Source: Planctomycetales bacterium
GTDB lineage: Bacteria; Planctomycetota; Planctomycetia; Pirellulales; S012-138
DNA: 61,957 nucleotides
Direction of reading: 5' to 3'
Assembly (NCBI GenBank): GCA_015488215.1
Contig: WFOE01000107.1
Coordinates: 1-61,957 of the forward strand
Shown: in pieces, positions 32,901 to 42,423 of the stretch
Numbering within the stretch: position 1 is the stretch's first letter
Layout: each line of letters starts with the position of its first letter
The notes under the pieces: generated by a model
What the model was told of the DNA's origin: nothing
The model's database searches: none
Seen by the model: only the letters and a program-made list of their open reading frames with translations
Program-made: the position numbers and the translations under genes

Positions 32901-33034
32901 ACCCCGGCGTGGGCTATGCCCAACAGGTTGGCTTGGGCTCGGGCCGGCTCCTTCAAGCCCCAGCGGCGCAGGGGTTCGGCGGCCTGTTCGGGCTGCTGGA
33001 GCCAGCGGTGGATCTGTTGGGGAGAGATTGCCAC
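29924..33034 (-). CDS. glnE: Glutamine synthetase adenylyltransferase/adenylyl-removing enzyme
   Basis: Two nucleotidyltransferase domains (GMGKLGGVELNYSSDIDL..DMRLRPEG; AMGKFGGREMNYHSDVDL..DARLRPTG), WERQA twice; start approximate. Confidence 0.95.
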   Translation of the reverse strand: MAISPQQIHRWLQQPEQAAEPLRRWGLKEPARAQANLLGIAHAGVPLDLLAYLATELEKHLPRLSDPDMALNNLERFISNSRNPLGLVALLERDPDSFPPLLQIFSVSQYLSDILVLDPEAFDLLRMTQGRPVSRQSLVDELTAEVLALQDQQLVMRALRRFKQRETLRIAYGEIIQEQPLETVTAQISYVADAILEAAVAWARGQLQAARGVPRLPNGRPARFVVLGMGKLGGVELNYSSDIDLIFVYEGEGKTDGPRPWSNQEFFNRLGRWLLELLTTRTELGQAYRVDMRLRPEGNQGPLVVSWDHARHYYDVKGRTWERQAYVKARAVAGDLDFGAQYLQELEPWVYRRYLGIADIADIKALKRRIERHTAARGKDASNVKTGVGGIRDIEFVIQFLQLLNGGDLPELRTTNTLTAIDRLEHVGCLTHQERTVLETNYRFLRKIEHRLQIMFDLQTHELPQDEQELRKLALRVGFEDTPRESALDAFRRMYAQATELNRKILNHLLHDAFADDRESTPEVDLVLDPEPSRETIQQVLGPYGFKDPQQAYHHLMGLATERIPFLSTRRCRHFLASIAPQLLKAISQTPDPDATLITLEQVSDSLGGKGVLWELFSFNPPSLQLYVKLCASSPYLCSILISNPGMIDELLDSLLLDRLPELEGMRHELAELTRGAEDLDPILHSFKNAKHLQVGVRDVMDKESLPRVTACLSDVAQVCLEQVIHHCWQQLVPRLGVPQHAGGPCPWVVLAMGKFGGREMNYHSDVDLVFLYAGEGHTQAATRGGGSTTNQHFFSELGSRVIKTMTYLGPYGRLYEVDARLRPTGRSGALATSLAEFRRYFQRGEGQLWERQALCKARVLSPDERAAQAAEQAVLEAMTVKPLGRQDVESIYQMRMKLQQTASAENIKRGPGGIVDVEFAVQMLQLCHMAQYPELRVANTLEALQRLHELGLMAEEDARFWRESYLLLRRVESRLQLLNLASHDQLPQAEEQLRRVASLLGYKEPEQFRRQVHECTAEVRRRFDRLFQQQAAALE

Positions 33035-33250
33035 GGGAATGCCAAACGCGCAGGCAAGCGACAGCGGGAAAACCGGCGATCCATCCGGCGGCCCTTGGGG
33101 CCGGCGGGACTCTTGCCAGTTTGAAGCCGCCATACCGGCCTGGCAAGTCCCGCCGCGGCCCGCCCACGCGGCGGATTGGAGACCGCCGTGCCGGTTGATA
33201 CACTGGGACACTGCCCTCCCTGCTGGTTCCCTCCTGGAGATAACAACACG

Positions 33251-34297
33251 ATGCGAGGTTTACCGCTGGTTCTGAGCTTCGTTTTGCTGACCGTTCTGAG
33301 CTGGGGCGTTTACGGCCCCGTGTTGCACCACGGGCAGATGGCCATGGGCCTGCCCGACCCGGCCACCGGAAAACTGGTGCCCAGCCGCTGGCTCCCGTTC
33401 ATCTGCGTGGGGCTGGCCTACTTCCTGATTGCCGTGGTCGTGCCCTGGGTGAAGCTGATGGTCTGGGGAGAACGCGGCCGCTGGTCCGCCCGCGGCGCCA
33501 CCTACAGTCTGATCGCCGGCGCGGTCGGGGCACTGGGCGCGTTGGGCGTGATTCTGGCTTTCAACTTCGGCGGCAGCCCGCTCTACGTGATGCCGCTCAT
33601 CTTCGGCGGAGCCCCGGTGGTCAACACCGTCTTCAGCATGGTCCTGAGTAAAACATACCGCCGGGTTCGCTTGCCGTTTCTCGTGGGGCTGACCCTGGTG
33701 GTAGTAGGAGCGGCGCTGGTGCTCATCTATAAGCCCACCGGCGGCGGACCCGCAGGGCGCCAGGCCCAGTTCTGGCCGGTAGCCCTTTCGGTGCTGATGA
33801 CGATGGTCTGCTGGGGAGCTTACGGTCCGGTGCTGCACATCGGCCAGGCGGCCATGCAGGGGAGCCGCATGCGGCCGTTTATGTGCGTGGGTTTGGCTTA
33901 CTTTCTGATTGCGGTGCTCATTCCCCTGGGGATTCTTCAGCTTCAGGGCCAGCCCGATGGGCGGTGGACCGCCGACGGCACAGCCTGGTCGCTGGCGGCC
34001 GGGGCGGCCGGAGCCCTGGGCGCCTTGGGCGTGATTCTGGCTTTCGATTTCGGCGGCAAGCCGGTTTACGTCATGCCGTTGGTCTTCGGCGGGGCGCCGG
34101 TGGTCAACACGCTCACCGGCACGGTGGAAGCGGCCCTGGGTGGCAAGCCGCTTCAGTTCCAGGCGTTGTTCCTGGCCGGTCTGGCGGCGGTAATCGCCGG
34201 GGCGGTGATGGTGCTGGTGTTTGCCCCTCGCCCCGCGCCGCACAAGACGGCCGAGGAGGTCGCCCCCGAGGGAAGCCCGCAACCGGCCTCCGGCTAA
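33251..34297 (+). CDS. Duplicated 5+5 TM membrane protein (DMT/EamA-like)
   Basis: Two near-identical halves: WG(V/A)[47 protein letters not shown]; GGAG RBS. Confidence 0.8.
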   Translation: MRGLPLVLSFVLLTVLSWGVYGPVLHHGQMAMGLPDPATGKLVPSRWLPFICVGLAYFLIAVVVPWVKLMVWGERGRWSARGATYSLIAGAVGALGALGVILAFNFGGSPLYVMPLIFGGAPVVNTVFSMVLSKTYRRVRLPFLVGLTLVVVGAALVLIYKPTGGGPAGRQAQFWPVALSVLMTMVCWGAYGPVLHIGQAAMQGSRMRPFMCVGLAYFLIAVLIPLGILQLQGQPDGRWTADGTAWSLAAGAAGALGALGVILAFDFGGKPVYVMPLVFGGAPVVNTLTGTVEAALGGKPLQFQALFLAGLAAVIAGAVMVLVFAPRPAPHKTAEEVAPEGSPQPASG

Positions 34298-34350
34298 GCC
34301 CTCCCGAGGGCCGCAGGCTGACGCGGCACGTTTGCGAAAGGGTCGGACGC

Positions 34351-34728
34351 ATGGACCTGCCCGAGCTGATGCAACGGTTCGACGACCAGTTGAGCCACGT
34401 GTGGATGGTGCGCACGTTCCTCAAACACAGCGACGAAGCCGAAGAAGACGAGGACGTGCAGCAGGTGTACCGCACGCTTTACGACTTCATGCACGCCCTG
34501 GGCCCCGCGTTGCAGGCGGGGGATGCCCGGCGGTATTTTCACCTGGCGGGCAAGAAGTTCGGCAAGTTGACGCAGGCGGTGGAACTGTTCCTGGAGGTGC
34601 AGCCGGAAGTTTCCGCCCACATGAACTTCCAGATGGCCGCCCGCAGCCTCGCGCTTGCCCACCGGGAACTGAAACGGTTGCTGGAACAAGCTCAGGAAAT
34701 CCTTGCCGTCAAAGGACAGGCCCAATGA
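34351..34728 (+). CDS. Hypothetical all-helical protein (125 aa)
   Basis: [33 protein letters not shown]...[13 protein letters not shown]; good coding bias; ATGA overlap with queF. Confidence 0.75.
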   Translation: MDLPELMQRFDDQLSHVWMVRTFLKHSDEAEEDEDVQQVYRTLYDFMHALGPALQAGDARRYFHLAGKKFGKLTQAVELFLEVQPEVSAHMNFQMAARSLALAHRELKRLLEQAQEILAVKGQAQ

Positions 34729-35093
34729 ACTCTCCGGCAAAAGATTTCGCTTCGGTGCTGGAAACCTTTCCCAACCCGGCCCCGCAGCGCGACTACCAGA
34801 TTCGCATCGTCTGCCCGGAGTTCACCTCCGTCTGCCCGCGCACCGGCCAACCGGACTTCGGTACGCTCGTGTTCACCTACGTGCCGGACCAACTCTGCGT
34901 AGAATTGAAGAGTTTGAAACTGTACTTACAACAGTTTCGCAACGAGGGGATTTTCTACGAGGCGGTGACCAATCGGATTCTGGACGACCTGGTCGGCGTG
35001 CTGCACCCGCGGTGGATGAAGCTGCTGGCCCGGTTCCGCCCTCGCGGCGGAATTACCACCAGCGTGCTGGCCTGCTATCCACGAGAAAAATAG
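34725..35093 (+). CDS. queF: NADPH-dependent 7-cyano-7-deazaguanine (preQ0) reductase, short type
   Basis: [16 protein letters not shown] (catalytic Cys/Asp), VELKSLKLY QueF motif, F.PRGGI. Confidence 0.95.
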   Translation: MNSPAKDFASVLETFPNPAPQRDYQIRIVCPEFTSVCPRTGQPDFGTLVFTYVPDQLCVELKSLKLYLQQFRNEGIFYEAVTNRILDDLVGVLHPRWMKLLARFRPRGGITTSVLACYPREK

Positions 35094-35199
35094 CCTGTCG
35101 GAGTTCCGCCCTGATAGCAGGATTTGCCAAGGGGGGAATGCGGTGGGAACATGCCGGCCAGGAAAACTCTGCCCGGGTGGCAGAAACACTCAAGAAAGA

Positions 35200-35227
35200 T
35201 TGACCCGATTGGCCGAAACTTTATAAT
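35200..35227 (+). promoter_or_regulatory. Putative sigma70 promoter of the ispE-spoVG operon
   Basis: TTGACC-N16-TATAAT, near-consensus hexamers that are rare at this GC content. Confidence 0.6.
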
Positions 35228-35393
35228 CGGGACCGTGCTCTTAACGAACACGTCTCTCTTGTTCTTTTCCATGACACTGGGCATCAAAACCAAGGCGGCC
35301 GGCGCTGCCAAGGTTTTCTCCCTCTGCAGTCCGTTCTTGTAGTGGTGCCTTTGTCCCCTCTGGCACGAAACGGCTCGGGTTCGGGATGTCTCG

Positions 35394-36305
35394 ATGAAAC
35401 GAGTAAAACTCTTGGAAAAAGTCGTTGTTCATACTCCGGCGAAACTGAATCTGTACCTGCGAGTGCTCGGAAAACGCAGCGACGGTTTCCATGAAATAGA
35501 AACCTTGATTTGCCCCGTGTCCCTGTTCGATACCCTGGTCGTTCAGTCTGGCCGCACGGAAGACCGGCTTTCGGTCGCTTGGGCGGCCGGTGGCACGATT
35601 GAGGAAAAGGACAAGCTCGTTATTTCGACCTGGAATCCAAACAATCTGATTGTTCGCGCCGTGGAATTGTTCCGCGCGCAAACGGGTGTCAGCCGGCCGG
35701 TGGAAATCCGTTTGATCAAGCGGGTACCGGCTCGGGCCGGCTTGGGCGGCGGTTCTAGCGACGCCGCCGCAGTGCTTCGGGCACTGAACCAGTTATATGA
35801 ACTCCGCCTGCCTACGGCACAGTTGGCCGATTGGGCGGCGAAACTGGGCAGCGACGTGCCGGGTTTTCTTTACACGGGGCTTTGCCTGTGTCGTGGCCGC
35901 GGCGAGCTTGTTCAGCCACTGGGCTGGACGCCCCGGCTCGATGCGGTCGTGGTGTTTCCTCACTGTGGACTCGCAACTGCGGAGGTCTATCGTCACTGGC
36001 AGGAGTCGGAGCAAGGGGAGGGGCCCGAGGTTCGGGAAGCTGTCCGCGCCTGGGGCCGAGCGAGCGCCGCAGCCTGGGTCCGAGGGTTGTTCAATTCCCT
36101 GGAACCGGCGGCCTTGCGCCTCTGTCCCCGATTGCAACGCTTGAAATCGCACCTGGAGAGCCGGGGGTTACGGGCAGGACAGCTCAGCGGGAGCGGCTCG
36201 GCTTACTTCGTCCTGTGTGCAAATCGTCTTCAGGCACGACGCCTGGCCCGGCGATTGGCTGCCGAAGGATGGGGAAGCTGCTGGGCCGTCAGCACCACGG
36301 TCTAA
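35394..36305 (+). CDS. ispE: 4-diphosphocytidyl-2-C-methyl-D-erythritol kinase
   Basis: PAKLNLYL...[35 protein letters not shown]. Confidence 0.93.
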   Translation: MKRVKLLEKVVVHTPAKLNLYLRVLGKRSDGFHEIETLICPVSLFDTLVVQSGRTEDRLSVAWAAGGTIEEKDKLVISTWNPNNLIVRAVELFRAQTGVSRPVEIRLIKRVPARAGLGGGSSDAAAVLRALNQLYELRLPTAQLADWAAKLGSDVPGFLYTGLCLCRGRGELVQPLGWTPRLDAVVVFPHCGLATAEVYRHWQESEQGEGPEVREAVRAWGRASAAAWVRGLFNSLEPAALRLCPRLQRLKSHLESRGLRAGQLSGSGSAYFVLCANRLQARRLARRLAAEGWGSCWAVSTTV

Positions 36306-36336
36306 GCTGCGCTGGAAGGGAAAGGGAGGTGACACC

Positions 36337-36867
36337 GTGCGCATCACCGAAGTGCGAATCAAGCTCATGGAAGACCCCAGCGAACGATTAATGGCCTTCT
36401 GTAGCATCACGCTGGACGACTGCTTCGTGGTGCGGGACTTGAAAATCATCCAGGGACAATCCGGCCCCTTTGTGGCCATGCCTAGCCGCAAGATCATGGC
36501 CCATTGCCCCAGCTGCGGTTGCAAAAACCATCTCAGAGCCAACTACTGCAACCAATGCGGCCGGAGGCTCCCCCAGGAAACCGTCCCGCAGGACGAACAG
36601 GGCCGAGTGCGGCTCTATGCCGACATCGCCCATCCGATCAATTCCGCCTGCCGGGAACAAATCCAGCAGGCGGTTATCCAAGCCTACGAGCAAGAGCTGA
36701 AAAAAGCCCAACAGCCGGGATACGTCTCCAGCTACGAAGACATGGACCTGCCGGCTCCGGGACCGCACATCGCCCCGGGACGCAAGCCCTCCTCTTCGAC
36801 AGCTCAGCCGCGGACTTCGCTCAATACGACCGACTCCCCAGCCGAAGAAGGCCCCCCAGCCGGCTAG
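36337..36867 (+). CDS. spoVG: SpoVG family nucleic-acid-binding protein with zinc-ribbon insertion
   Basis: GGAGG RBS; (M)[34 protein letters not shown] + CPSC..CNQC insert + [10 protein letters not shown]. Confidence 0.9.
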   Translation: MRITEVRIKLMEDPSERLMAFCSITLDDCFVVRDLKIIQGQSGPFVAMPSRKIMAHCPSCGCKNHLRANYCNQCGRRLPQETVPQDEQGRVRLYADIAHPINSACREQIQQAVIQAYEQELKKAQQPGYVSSYEDMDLPAPGPHIAPGRKPSSSTAQPRTSLNTTDSPAEEGPPAG

Positions 36868-36954
36868 TTCCCGTTCCGACGCTTTCCCTGGCGCCAGCGG
36901 CGCGTTTCAATAGGGGCGTTCCCTAATGGCGTGTCGTGTGTGGAACGTCCCGAC

Positions 36955-37377
36955 ATGAACAACATGAACTATCAGGAACACGAACAGCCCATCGCCGTGG
37001 CCGTGGTGGTGCAAGGGGACCGGGTGCTGGTGGGCCGGCGAGGCGACCGGGGACCGCTTCCCGGTCGGGCGGAGTTCCCCGGCGGAAAAATCCGTCCCGG
37101 CGAATCGCCCGAGCAGGCCGCCCAGCGCGAATGTCTGGAAGAAACCGGCCTCCAGGTGCAGGTGCTGCGCACGCTTCAGGTGCTCCGGCACCGCTATCCG
37201 CACGGCCTGCTCCGGCTCCACTTTCTGCTGGCCCGAACGCTTCCCGGCCAAGGGGCTCCCCGAGGAGGATTCTCCTGGGTACCTTGCGAGCAGTTGCCCG
37301 GGCTCGACTTTCCCGAAGCCAACGCCGCCGTGGTCCAGTGGCTGGTGCAACACATGGCCACGTGCCCTGAATGGTGA
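36955..37377 (+). CDS. MutT/NUDIX hydrolase
   Basis: EFPGGKIRPGESPEQAAQRECLEETG Nudix box; FPEAN C-terminus of 8-oxo-dGTPase type. Confidence 0.88.
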   Translation: MNNMNYQEHEQPIAVAVVVQGDRVLVGRRGDRGPLPGRAEFPGGKIRPGESPEQAAQRECLEETGLQVQVLRTLQVLRHRYPHGLLRLHFLLARTLPGQGAPRGGFSWVPCEQLPGLDFPEANAAVVQWLVQHMATCPEW

Positions 37378-37386
37378 AAGCCGACC

Positions 37387-37884
37387 GTGCCCCCAGGTGA
37401 ATCATCCGAACTGAAAGTCATCTCTGGCGGGCAGACCGGCGTGGACCGAGCCGCGTTGGACGCGGCCCTCCAAGCTGGTTTGGCCATCGGCGGCTGGTGT
37501 CCGCGAGGGCGCCGGGCTGAAGACGGCTCCGTGCCGGCCCGGTATCCGTTGCAGGAAACCCCCTCGTTCGGCTACGAGCAGCGCACGCGGCGCAATGTGC
37601 AGCAGGCCGACGCCACGCTCATCCTGGCCCGAGGCCCTCTGAGCGGCGGCACGCTGCAAACCCTGCACTTCGCCCAGCGGGAAGAAAAGCCGGTGCGGGT
37701 GGTGCAGTTGCCCCGTTCGGCAGGCTGGGACGAAACGCTCCAGTGGCTGCTGCAACACCAGGTGCACGTGCTCAACGTGGCCGGTCCCCGGGAAAGCAAC
37801 GCCCCGGGCATCGGCCGCCAGGCCCGGGAGTGGCTGTTTCCCCTGTTCTTGCTCTGGAAAGAACGAGCCGCAGCCCGGGAATAG
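37387..37884 (+). CDS. Putative molybdenum-cofactor-carrier / SLOG family protein
   Basis: KVISGGQTGVDRAALD, GGWCPRGRRAEDG, RTRRNV..ADATL, LNVAGPRES. Confidence 0.88.
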   Translation: MPPGESSELKVISGGQTGVDRAALDAALQAGLAIGGWCPRGRRAEDGSVPARYPLQETPSFGYEQRTRRNVQQADATLILARGPLSGGTLQTLHFAQREEKPVRVVQLPRSAGWDETLQWLLQHQVHVLNVAGPRESNAPGIGRQAREWLFPLFLLWKERAAARE

Positions 37885-37926
37885 ACTTCCGTTGTCCCGT
37901 ATTCCATGGCACGGCTACAGCCACGG

Positions 37927-38316
37927 GGAGCTGCCGTTCCCGGAAGTCTTGGGTCTTGCGTTCTGGGGCCTGAGCAGGAGCTACCGCTCCGCAGGTCTTG
38001 CGTCTTGCGTCCTGGGTCTTGAGCAAGGTGCTTCCGCACCAGGCAGGAATTGCGCTGATACTTGCAACCGGCGTGGAGCTTCCGCTCCAGCGGAAAAACA
38101 AGCGTTCGTACTCCTAATCGTACTCGTGCTCGTGCTCGTGCTCGGAAACGCCATCTTGATCTTGTGGCTAATCGCGAATCGACAACCGGCGAGCCGCTGA
38201 CTTCCGTCGGCGGAGGTGACTCCCACCACAGCCACAGGTTGCTCCCGCACCGAAGCAAGAACAATCGCCAATTCGTGCAATCAGGCAACCGGCGAGTCCG
38301 AGCTTAGCTCGGGGAG
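37927..38316 (+). repeat. Modular intergenic repeat locus D
   Basis: Mini-hairpins at 37927, 37977, 38027, 38075 and 38237; G(G/C)GTCTT heptamer cassettes at 37946 and 37994; hexamer cassette 38105-38145; REPs 38188-38215 and 38291-38316. Confidence 0.92.
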
Positions 38317-38559
38317 AATGGAAGCCACCCACTTTCGTCGGCAAGGTCGGTACTGCTTCCCGGGAACAAAAGCACAAACCGGCCGGAGAAACTTCGCCTT
38401 GATCCGGAGTTGCGGGTTCCCTATGATTCGCCCCGGCGCAGTCTCCCGCGCCCGCGTTGCGCGCCGATTGCGCCCGCTGCCGGCACGGGCCGTGCCGGCC
38501 GGACCCAGCCCCGCTGCGTTTGGCAAGGATTGCCCGCTCCCCGACAGGACCCGGCACGG

Positions 38560-41500
38560 ATGCGCACCTTGTGGCGGATGTTCAAATGGCTTCTGGCCCT
38601 GGGGCTTACCGCCCTGGTGGTGGGGCTGGTGCTCTGGCACACGATGGCCGACCAGAAGCTCCGCGCCTGGGTCCAACAGCGGCTGCAACGGGCCTACCCG
38701 GAGCTGGCGGTCCAGATCGGCTCGGTCCGGTTGGAACGCCGGCGGCTGGTCATCTCGGAACTGAAGCTGTCGCTGCCGCAGCAGCAAGAAGCGGCGCCGG
38801 TGCTGGCAATCGAGGAGTTGGAGCTACGGACCGACTTGACCTGGCAACAACTGCTGCGGGGCGACGTAACCGTGCAGGAGGTGGTGATTCGCGGTCCGCG
38901 GCTGCGAGCCGTCCGTCTGGCCGACGGAAGCTGGTCCATCCAGCGGCTGTGGCCCCTTCCCCGATTCTCCAAGAAACAACGCACGCTCCGAGGCCGCATC
39001 GAATCCGGACGGTTGGAGCTGGTGGACCCCAGTGCCCCGGGCACGGCACGGTTTCGGGTGCTTGATTTTCAAGGGGAGTTTGTGCGCCGGGTGCCCGAGC
39101 AGGGACCGCCGCAGTTTACGCTCACCGGCACGGCCCTGGCCGAGCATGTGCGACAGGTGCGGTTCGCCGTGGCCGTGGTCCCACAACAGAAAAGCTGGTC
39201 GCTTCAGGCCCGGGTGCAGCGGCTGGAAGTCACGCCGGAGCTGCTCGCCGCCCTGCCCCGGGAATTGCAACAGCAGTTGGGCCAGGTGCCGGTGATTCGT
39301 TTCCTGGCCGAAGCGCAGTTGCGGGCCGATTATCACCCGCGGCGGGCCGAACCGCTTCAGTTCCAACTGCAAGGGAGCTTTTCCCGCGGCATGCTCGATC
39401 ATCCCCGCCTGCCCTTCCCACTGCGAGAGATTGCCGGCCGTTTCGAGTGCACTCAGCGGCAACTCGTGCTGCGGCAGGTAGAGGCCCGAAGTCGCGACAC
39501 CCGCTTGAAGCTCGACGTGGTGCTGCACGGGCTCCAGCCCGGAGCCCCCGCGGAAGTTACTCTGCAAGCGGAAAACCTGCCGGTGGACCGGCAATTGCTC
39601 CAGGGAGCCCCCGGCCCCCTGGCGGGACTGTGGCCGCGTTTCCGCCCTCAGGGGCCGGTCAATCTCCAGGCCACGCTCAGCTACCGCCAGGGGCAATGGC
39701 GGGCCGAACAGGCCGACGTGCAGTGCCTAGGCCTGCGGTTCGTCTATCATCGGCTGCCGTATCCGGTGGCACAGGCCACCGGCACGATACGCCTCCGCGG
39801 TCGGCGTCTGGAACTGGACCTGCAAGGGCTGGCCGGGGGCGAGCCGGTGCGGATTGTCTCCCAGGTGGAAAACCCCGGACCGGAGTTCGTCGGCTGGGTG
39901 CGGGTGCAAGGGAACCGCATTCCTGTGGACCCGCAGTTGATTGCCGCCTTGCCATCCCGGAGCCGTGAAGTGCTGCAGCGGCTTCGCCCGCGGGGGACTA
40001 TCTCTTTCCAGAGCCGGTTCTACCGGGAGCGAGCCGGAGGTCCCCTGAACCGCCAGACCACCGTAAGCCTGAACCAGTGCTCGATTCGCTTCGATAAGTT
40101 CCCTTACCGCGTGGAGAACATCCGCGGCACGCTCAAACAGCAGGGGCGAAACTGGACCTTTCACAACTTGCAAGGTTCGCACGGACGTTGCCGAATCAGC
40201 GGTCGGGGACAGTTGCAAGTGGCCGATGACCACTCCGCGGTGTTCGAGCTGGAACTGACCGCACTGGCCCTGCCGCTGGATGAGGAGCTGCGCGCGGCCC
40301 TGCCGCCGAAAGTGCAACGGCTGTGGACGCAGCTCCGGCCGCACGGGCTGGTGGACGCCACGGCCCAACTGCGGTTCCACACTCCCGCCAAAAAGCTCGA
40401 TTTGACCGTGGAGCTGGAACCGGTCGGGCGGACTGTTTCCATCGAACCGGTGCCGTTTCCCTACCGGCTGGAATCGCTGGAAGGAAAGCTCGTCTACCGG
40501 AACGGGCATGCCCAATGGCAGGAGCTTCGGGCCGTGCATGGACCGGCGCGCATCCAGACCCAAGGCACGGCCGAAGCACTGCCCGGCGACGGCTGGCGGT
40601 TGCAGTTTTCGCGGTTTGTGGCCGAGCAGGTGACGGTGGATCGCCACCTGCGCGAAGCGCTTCCGCCGGTGCTTCGCCAACTGGCGCTAAAGCTCCGGCC
40701 CAACCGGCCGTTTATCGTCCGGGGCACCTGGTCGCTGGAACACCAGCCCCAGCGGACCGCCCCCTGGAAAAGCACCTGGGACGTGGAGCTGTTCTTGCAG
40801 CAGATGAACCTGCACCTGGGCGTGCTGGTGGAGAACATCCACGGTTCGGTGCGGCTGCAAGGCACCTGGGACGGCACCCGGTTGCACAGCCGCGGCCGGC
40901 TCGACTTGCAAAACGCCGTGTACCAGGGGTGGCAGTTCACCCAGGTGCGCGGCCCGCTGGAGCTGTTCAACGACCGCGTGTTGCTGGGGGCTCCTACGGC
41001 CGCCACCATTCAGCCAGGCAAGCTGCCGCACGTGACAGCCCAGTTCTACGGTGGCACGCTTTGGGGGGACGGCTGGGCCACCTGGGGAGCCGAGCCCCGC
41101 TTCGCTTTGCGCGTGCGAGGTCAGAACGTGCTGCTGGAGCGCCTGGCCCGGGAAGCCTTCCAGGGCAGGCAGCATCTTTCGGGCAAGTGTCACGGGGAGC
41201 TGGAATTGCGGGGCACGGACCGCGGGCTGCCTTCGCTAGTAGGCCGGGGATACATCCAACTGCGCGAAGCCGACGTGTACCAGTTGCCGCTGCTGGTGGC
41301 CATGCTCAAGGTGCTGCAATTGCAACTGCCCAGCACCACGGCGTTCACCACCAGCGACATCCGCTTCCGTCTGCAGGGAAGCCATATTTATCTCGACCGG
41401 ATCGACTTTGCCGGCGATGCCATTTCGCTGGTGGGAGCCGGCGAGATGAACCTGGACAAACAGGTGCGGCTGGTGTTCCGGGCCGAAGTGGGGCGGAGCG

Positions 41501-41739
41501 ATCGCCGCATTCCGCTGGTGGGCGAGCTTATCGGAGCCACCTCGCAACAGATTCTGCGGCTGTACGTGGACGGCCCGTTGGACAATCCCCGCATCCGCTC
41601 CGAGCCGTTCCCGCTGGTGGGCGACACGCTGGAACAGATTCAAGCCGGGCTGGAGCGATTGCCGGGCATGCAGCCGGTCTCACCGGCTCCGCGGGTTCCG
41701 CTTCAGCAAGGAAGCCCGTTTCCTCGCATTCGCTACTGA
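38560..41739 (+). CDS. AsmA-like (AsmA/TamB/YhdP superfamily) envelope protein
   Basis: Single N-terminal TM, about 1060 aa rich in beta-strands with internal repeats (RLPFPL/RLPYPV/KFPYRV/PFPYRL), and an AsmA-like C-terminus (LVGRGYIQL..ISLVGAGEM..VDGPLDNP). Confidence 0.8.
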   Translation: MRTLWRMFKWLLALGLTALVVGLVLWHTMADQKLRAWVQQRLQRAYPELAVQIGSVRLERRRLVISELKLSLPQQQEAAPVLAIEELELRTDLTWQQLLRGDVTVQEVVIRGPRLRAVRLADGSWSIQRLWPLPRFSKKQRTLRGRIESGRLELVDPSAPGTARFRVLDFQGEFVRRVPEQGPPQFTLTGTALAEHVRQVRFAVAVVPQQKSWSLQARVQRLEVTPELLAALPRELQQQLGQVPVIRFLAEAQLRADYHPRRAEPLQFQLQGSFSRGMLDHPRLPFPLREIAGRFECTQRQLVLRQVEARSRDTRLKLDVVLHGLQPGAPAEVTLQAENLPVDRQLLQGAPGPLAGLWPRFRPQGPVNLQATLSYRQGQWRAEQADVQCLGLRFVYHRLPYPVAQATGTIRLRGRRLELDLQGLAGGEPVRIVSQVENPGPEFVGWVRVQGNRIPVDPQLIAALPSRSREVLQRLRPRGTISFQSRFYRERAGGPLNRQTTVSLNQCSIRFDKFPYRVENIRGTLKQQGRNWTFHNLQGSHGRCRISGRGQLQVADDHSAVFELELTALALPLDEELRAALPPKVQRLWTQLRPHGLVDATAQLRFHTPAKKLDLTVELEPVGRTVSIEPVPFPYRLESLEGKLVYRNGHAQWQELRAVHGPARIQTQGTAEALPGDGWRLQFSRFVAEQVTVDRHLREALPPVLRQLALKLRPNRPFIVRGTWSLEHQPQRTAPWKSTWDVELFLQQMNLHLGVLVENIHGSVRLQGTWDGTRLHSRGRLDLQNAVYQGWQFTQVRGPLELFNDRVLLGAPTAATIQPGKLPHVTAQFYGGTLWGDGWATWGAEPRFALRVRGQNVLLERLAREAFQGRQHLSGKCHGELELRGTDRGLPSLVGRGYIQLREADVYQLPLLVAMLKVLQLQLPSTTAFTTSDIRFRLQGSHIYLDRIDFAGDAISLVGAGEMNLDKQVRLVFRAEVGRSDRRIPLVGELIGATSQQILRLYVDGPLDNPRIRSEPFPLVGDTLEQIQAGLERLPGMQPVSPAPRVPLQQGSPFPRIRY

Positions 41740-41814
41740 ATCGGAGAGGTCGTCTGCGCTGCCGAAAGCACGGGGGGCCGTCGTGCGTTCCAGACCGCAG
41801 TGTTCCTGCGCCGA

Positions 41815-42423
41815 CTACCCGGCCGAAGGCTTCTTCCACCACGTGGGCAGCGACCAGCCGGGCAAGCGGATGCGGAACCAGGAGCGCTTTTCCTCTGCGG
41901 CTCCGGAGGCCCGCACCCAGCTTGGACGACTGCCTCGGAGCACGGGTGCCTGGGGCCGCGCGGCCACCTGCGAAAGCAGCGGCAGCCGGGCAGGGGTTCG
42001 GGCCGTGCCGTCGGCTTGGGCAGGCGGGGGCGGGACCGGCGCTTGCGGCTGGGACTCCTCGACCTGCTCTGGGACGGGCTCTTCCACCTGCTCGGGAATC
42101 GGCGCAAGCGGCACTTCCTGACAGCAGCCTGCATGGCACCGATGCAACTTGGGCAGCCAGCCCAACGTAATGCCGCAGTGAACCTTCTGCCAGAAGCGGC
42201 GCCAGTGAGCGTAATGGGCGGCCCGCTCCGCACAATAGCCGGCCCACAGCCCCGGACTGCGGCACGGATCGCACGCGCAAGCTCCGGGCGTGGCAAACCA
42301 GGGGTCGTGTGCCGCGGGAGCAAAACCGGGCTCGGCCAGGGGCAGTTCCGCGGCCGAGCCACCGCCGGCTGGTGCGGCGGCCCACAACACTCCGGCCAAC
42401 ATTCCGACGATTGCCGCTTTCAT
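41815..42423 (-). CDS. Hypothetical secreted Cys-rich / Pro-rich protein
   Basis: MKAAIVGMLAGVLWAAAPAGG signal; CACDPC..LWAGYC..C..CHAGCC; PEQVEE tandem repeat. Confidence 0.55.
   Translation of the reverse strand: MKAAIVGMLAGVLWAAAPAGGGSAAELPLAEPGFAPAAHDPWFATPGACACDPCRSPGLWAGYCAERAAHYAHWRRFWQKVHCGITLGWLPKLHRCHAGCCQEVPLAPIPEQVEEPVPEQVEESQPQAPVPPPPAQADGTARTPARLPLLSQVAARPQAPVLRGSRPSWVRASGAAEEKRSWFRIRLPGWSLPTWWKKPSAG

Noticed and set aside
37927-38251. CRISPR array (short palindromic repeat at ~50-bp period)
   Set aside because: The repeat is only 14 bp, the spacers are recurrent low-complexity modules found at other loci rather than unique sequences, and there is no leader and no cas gene.
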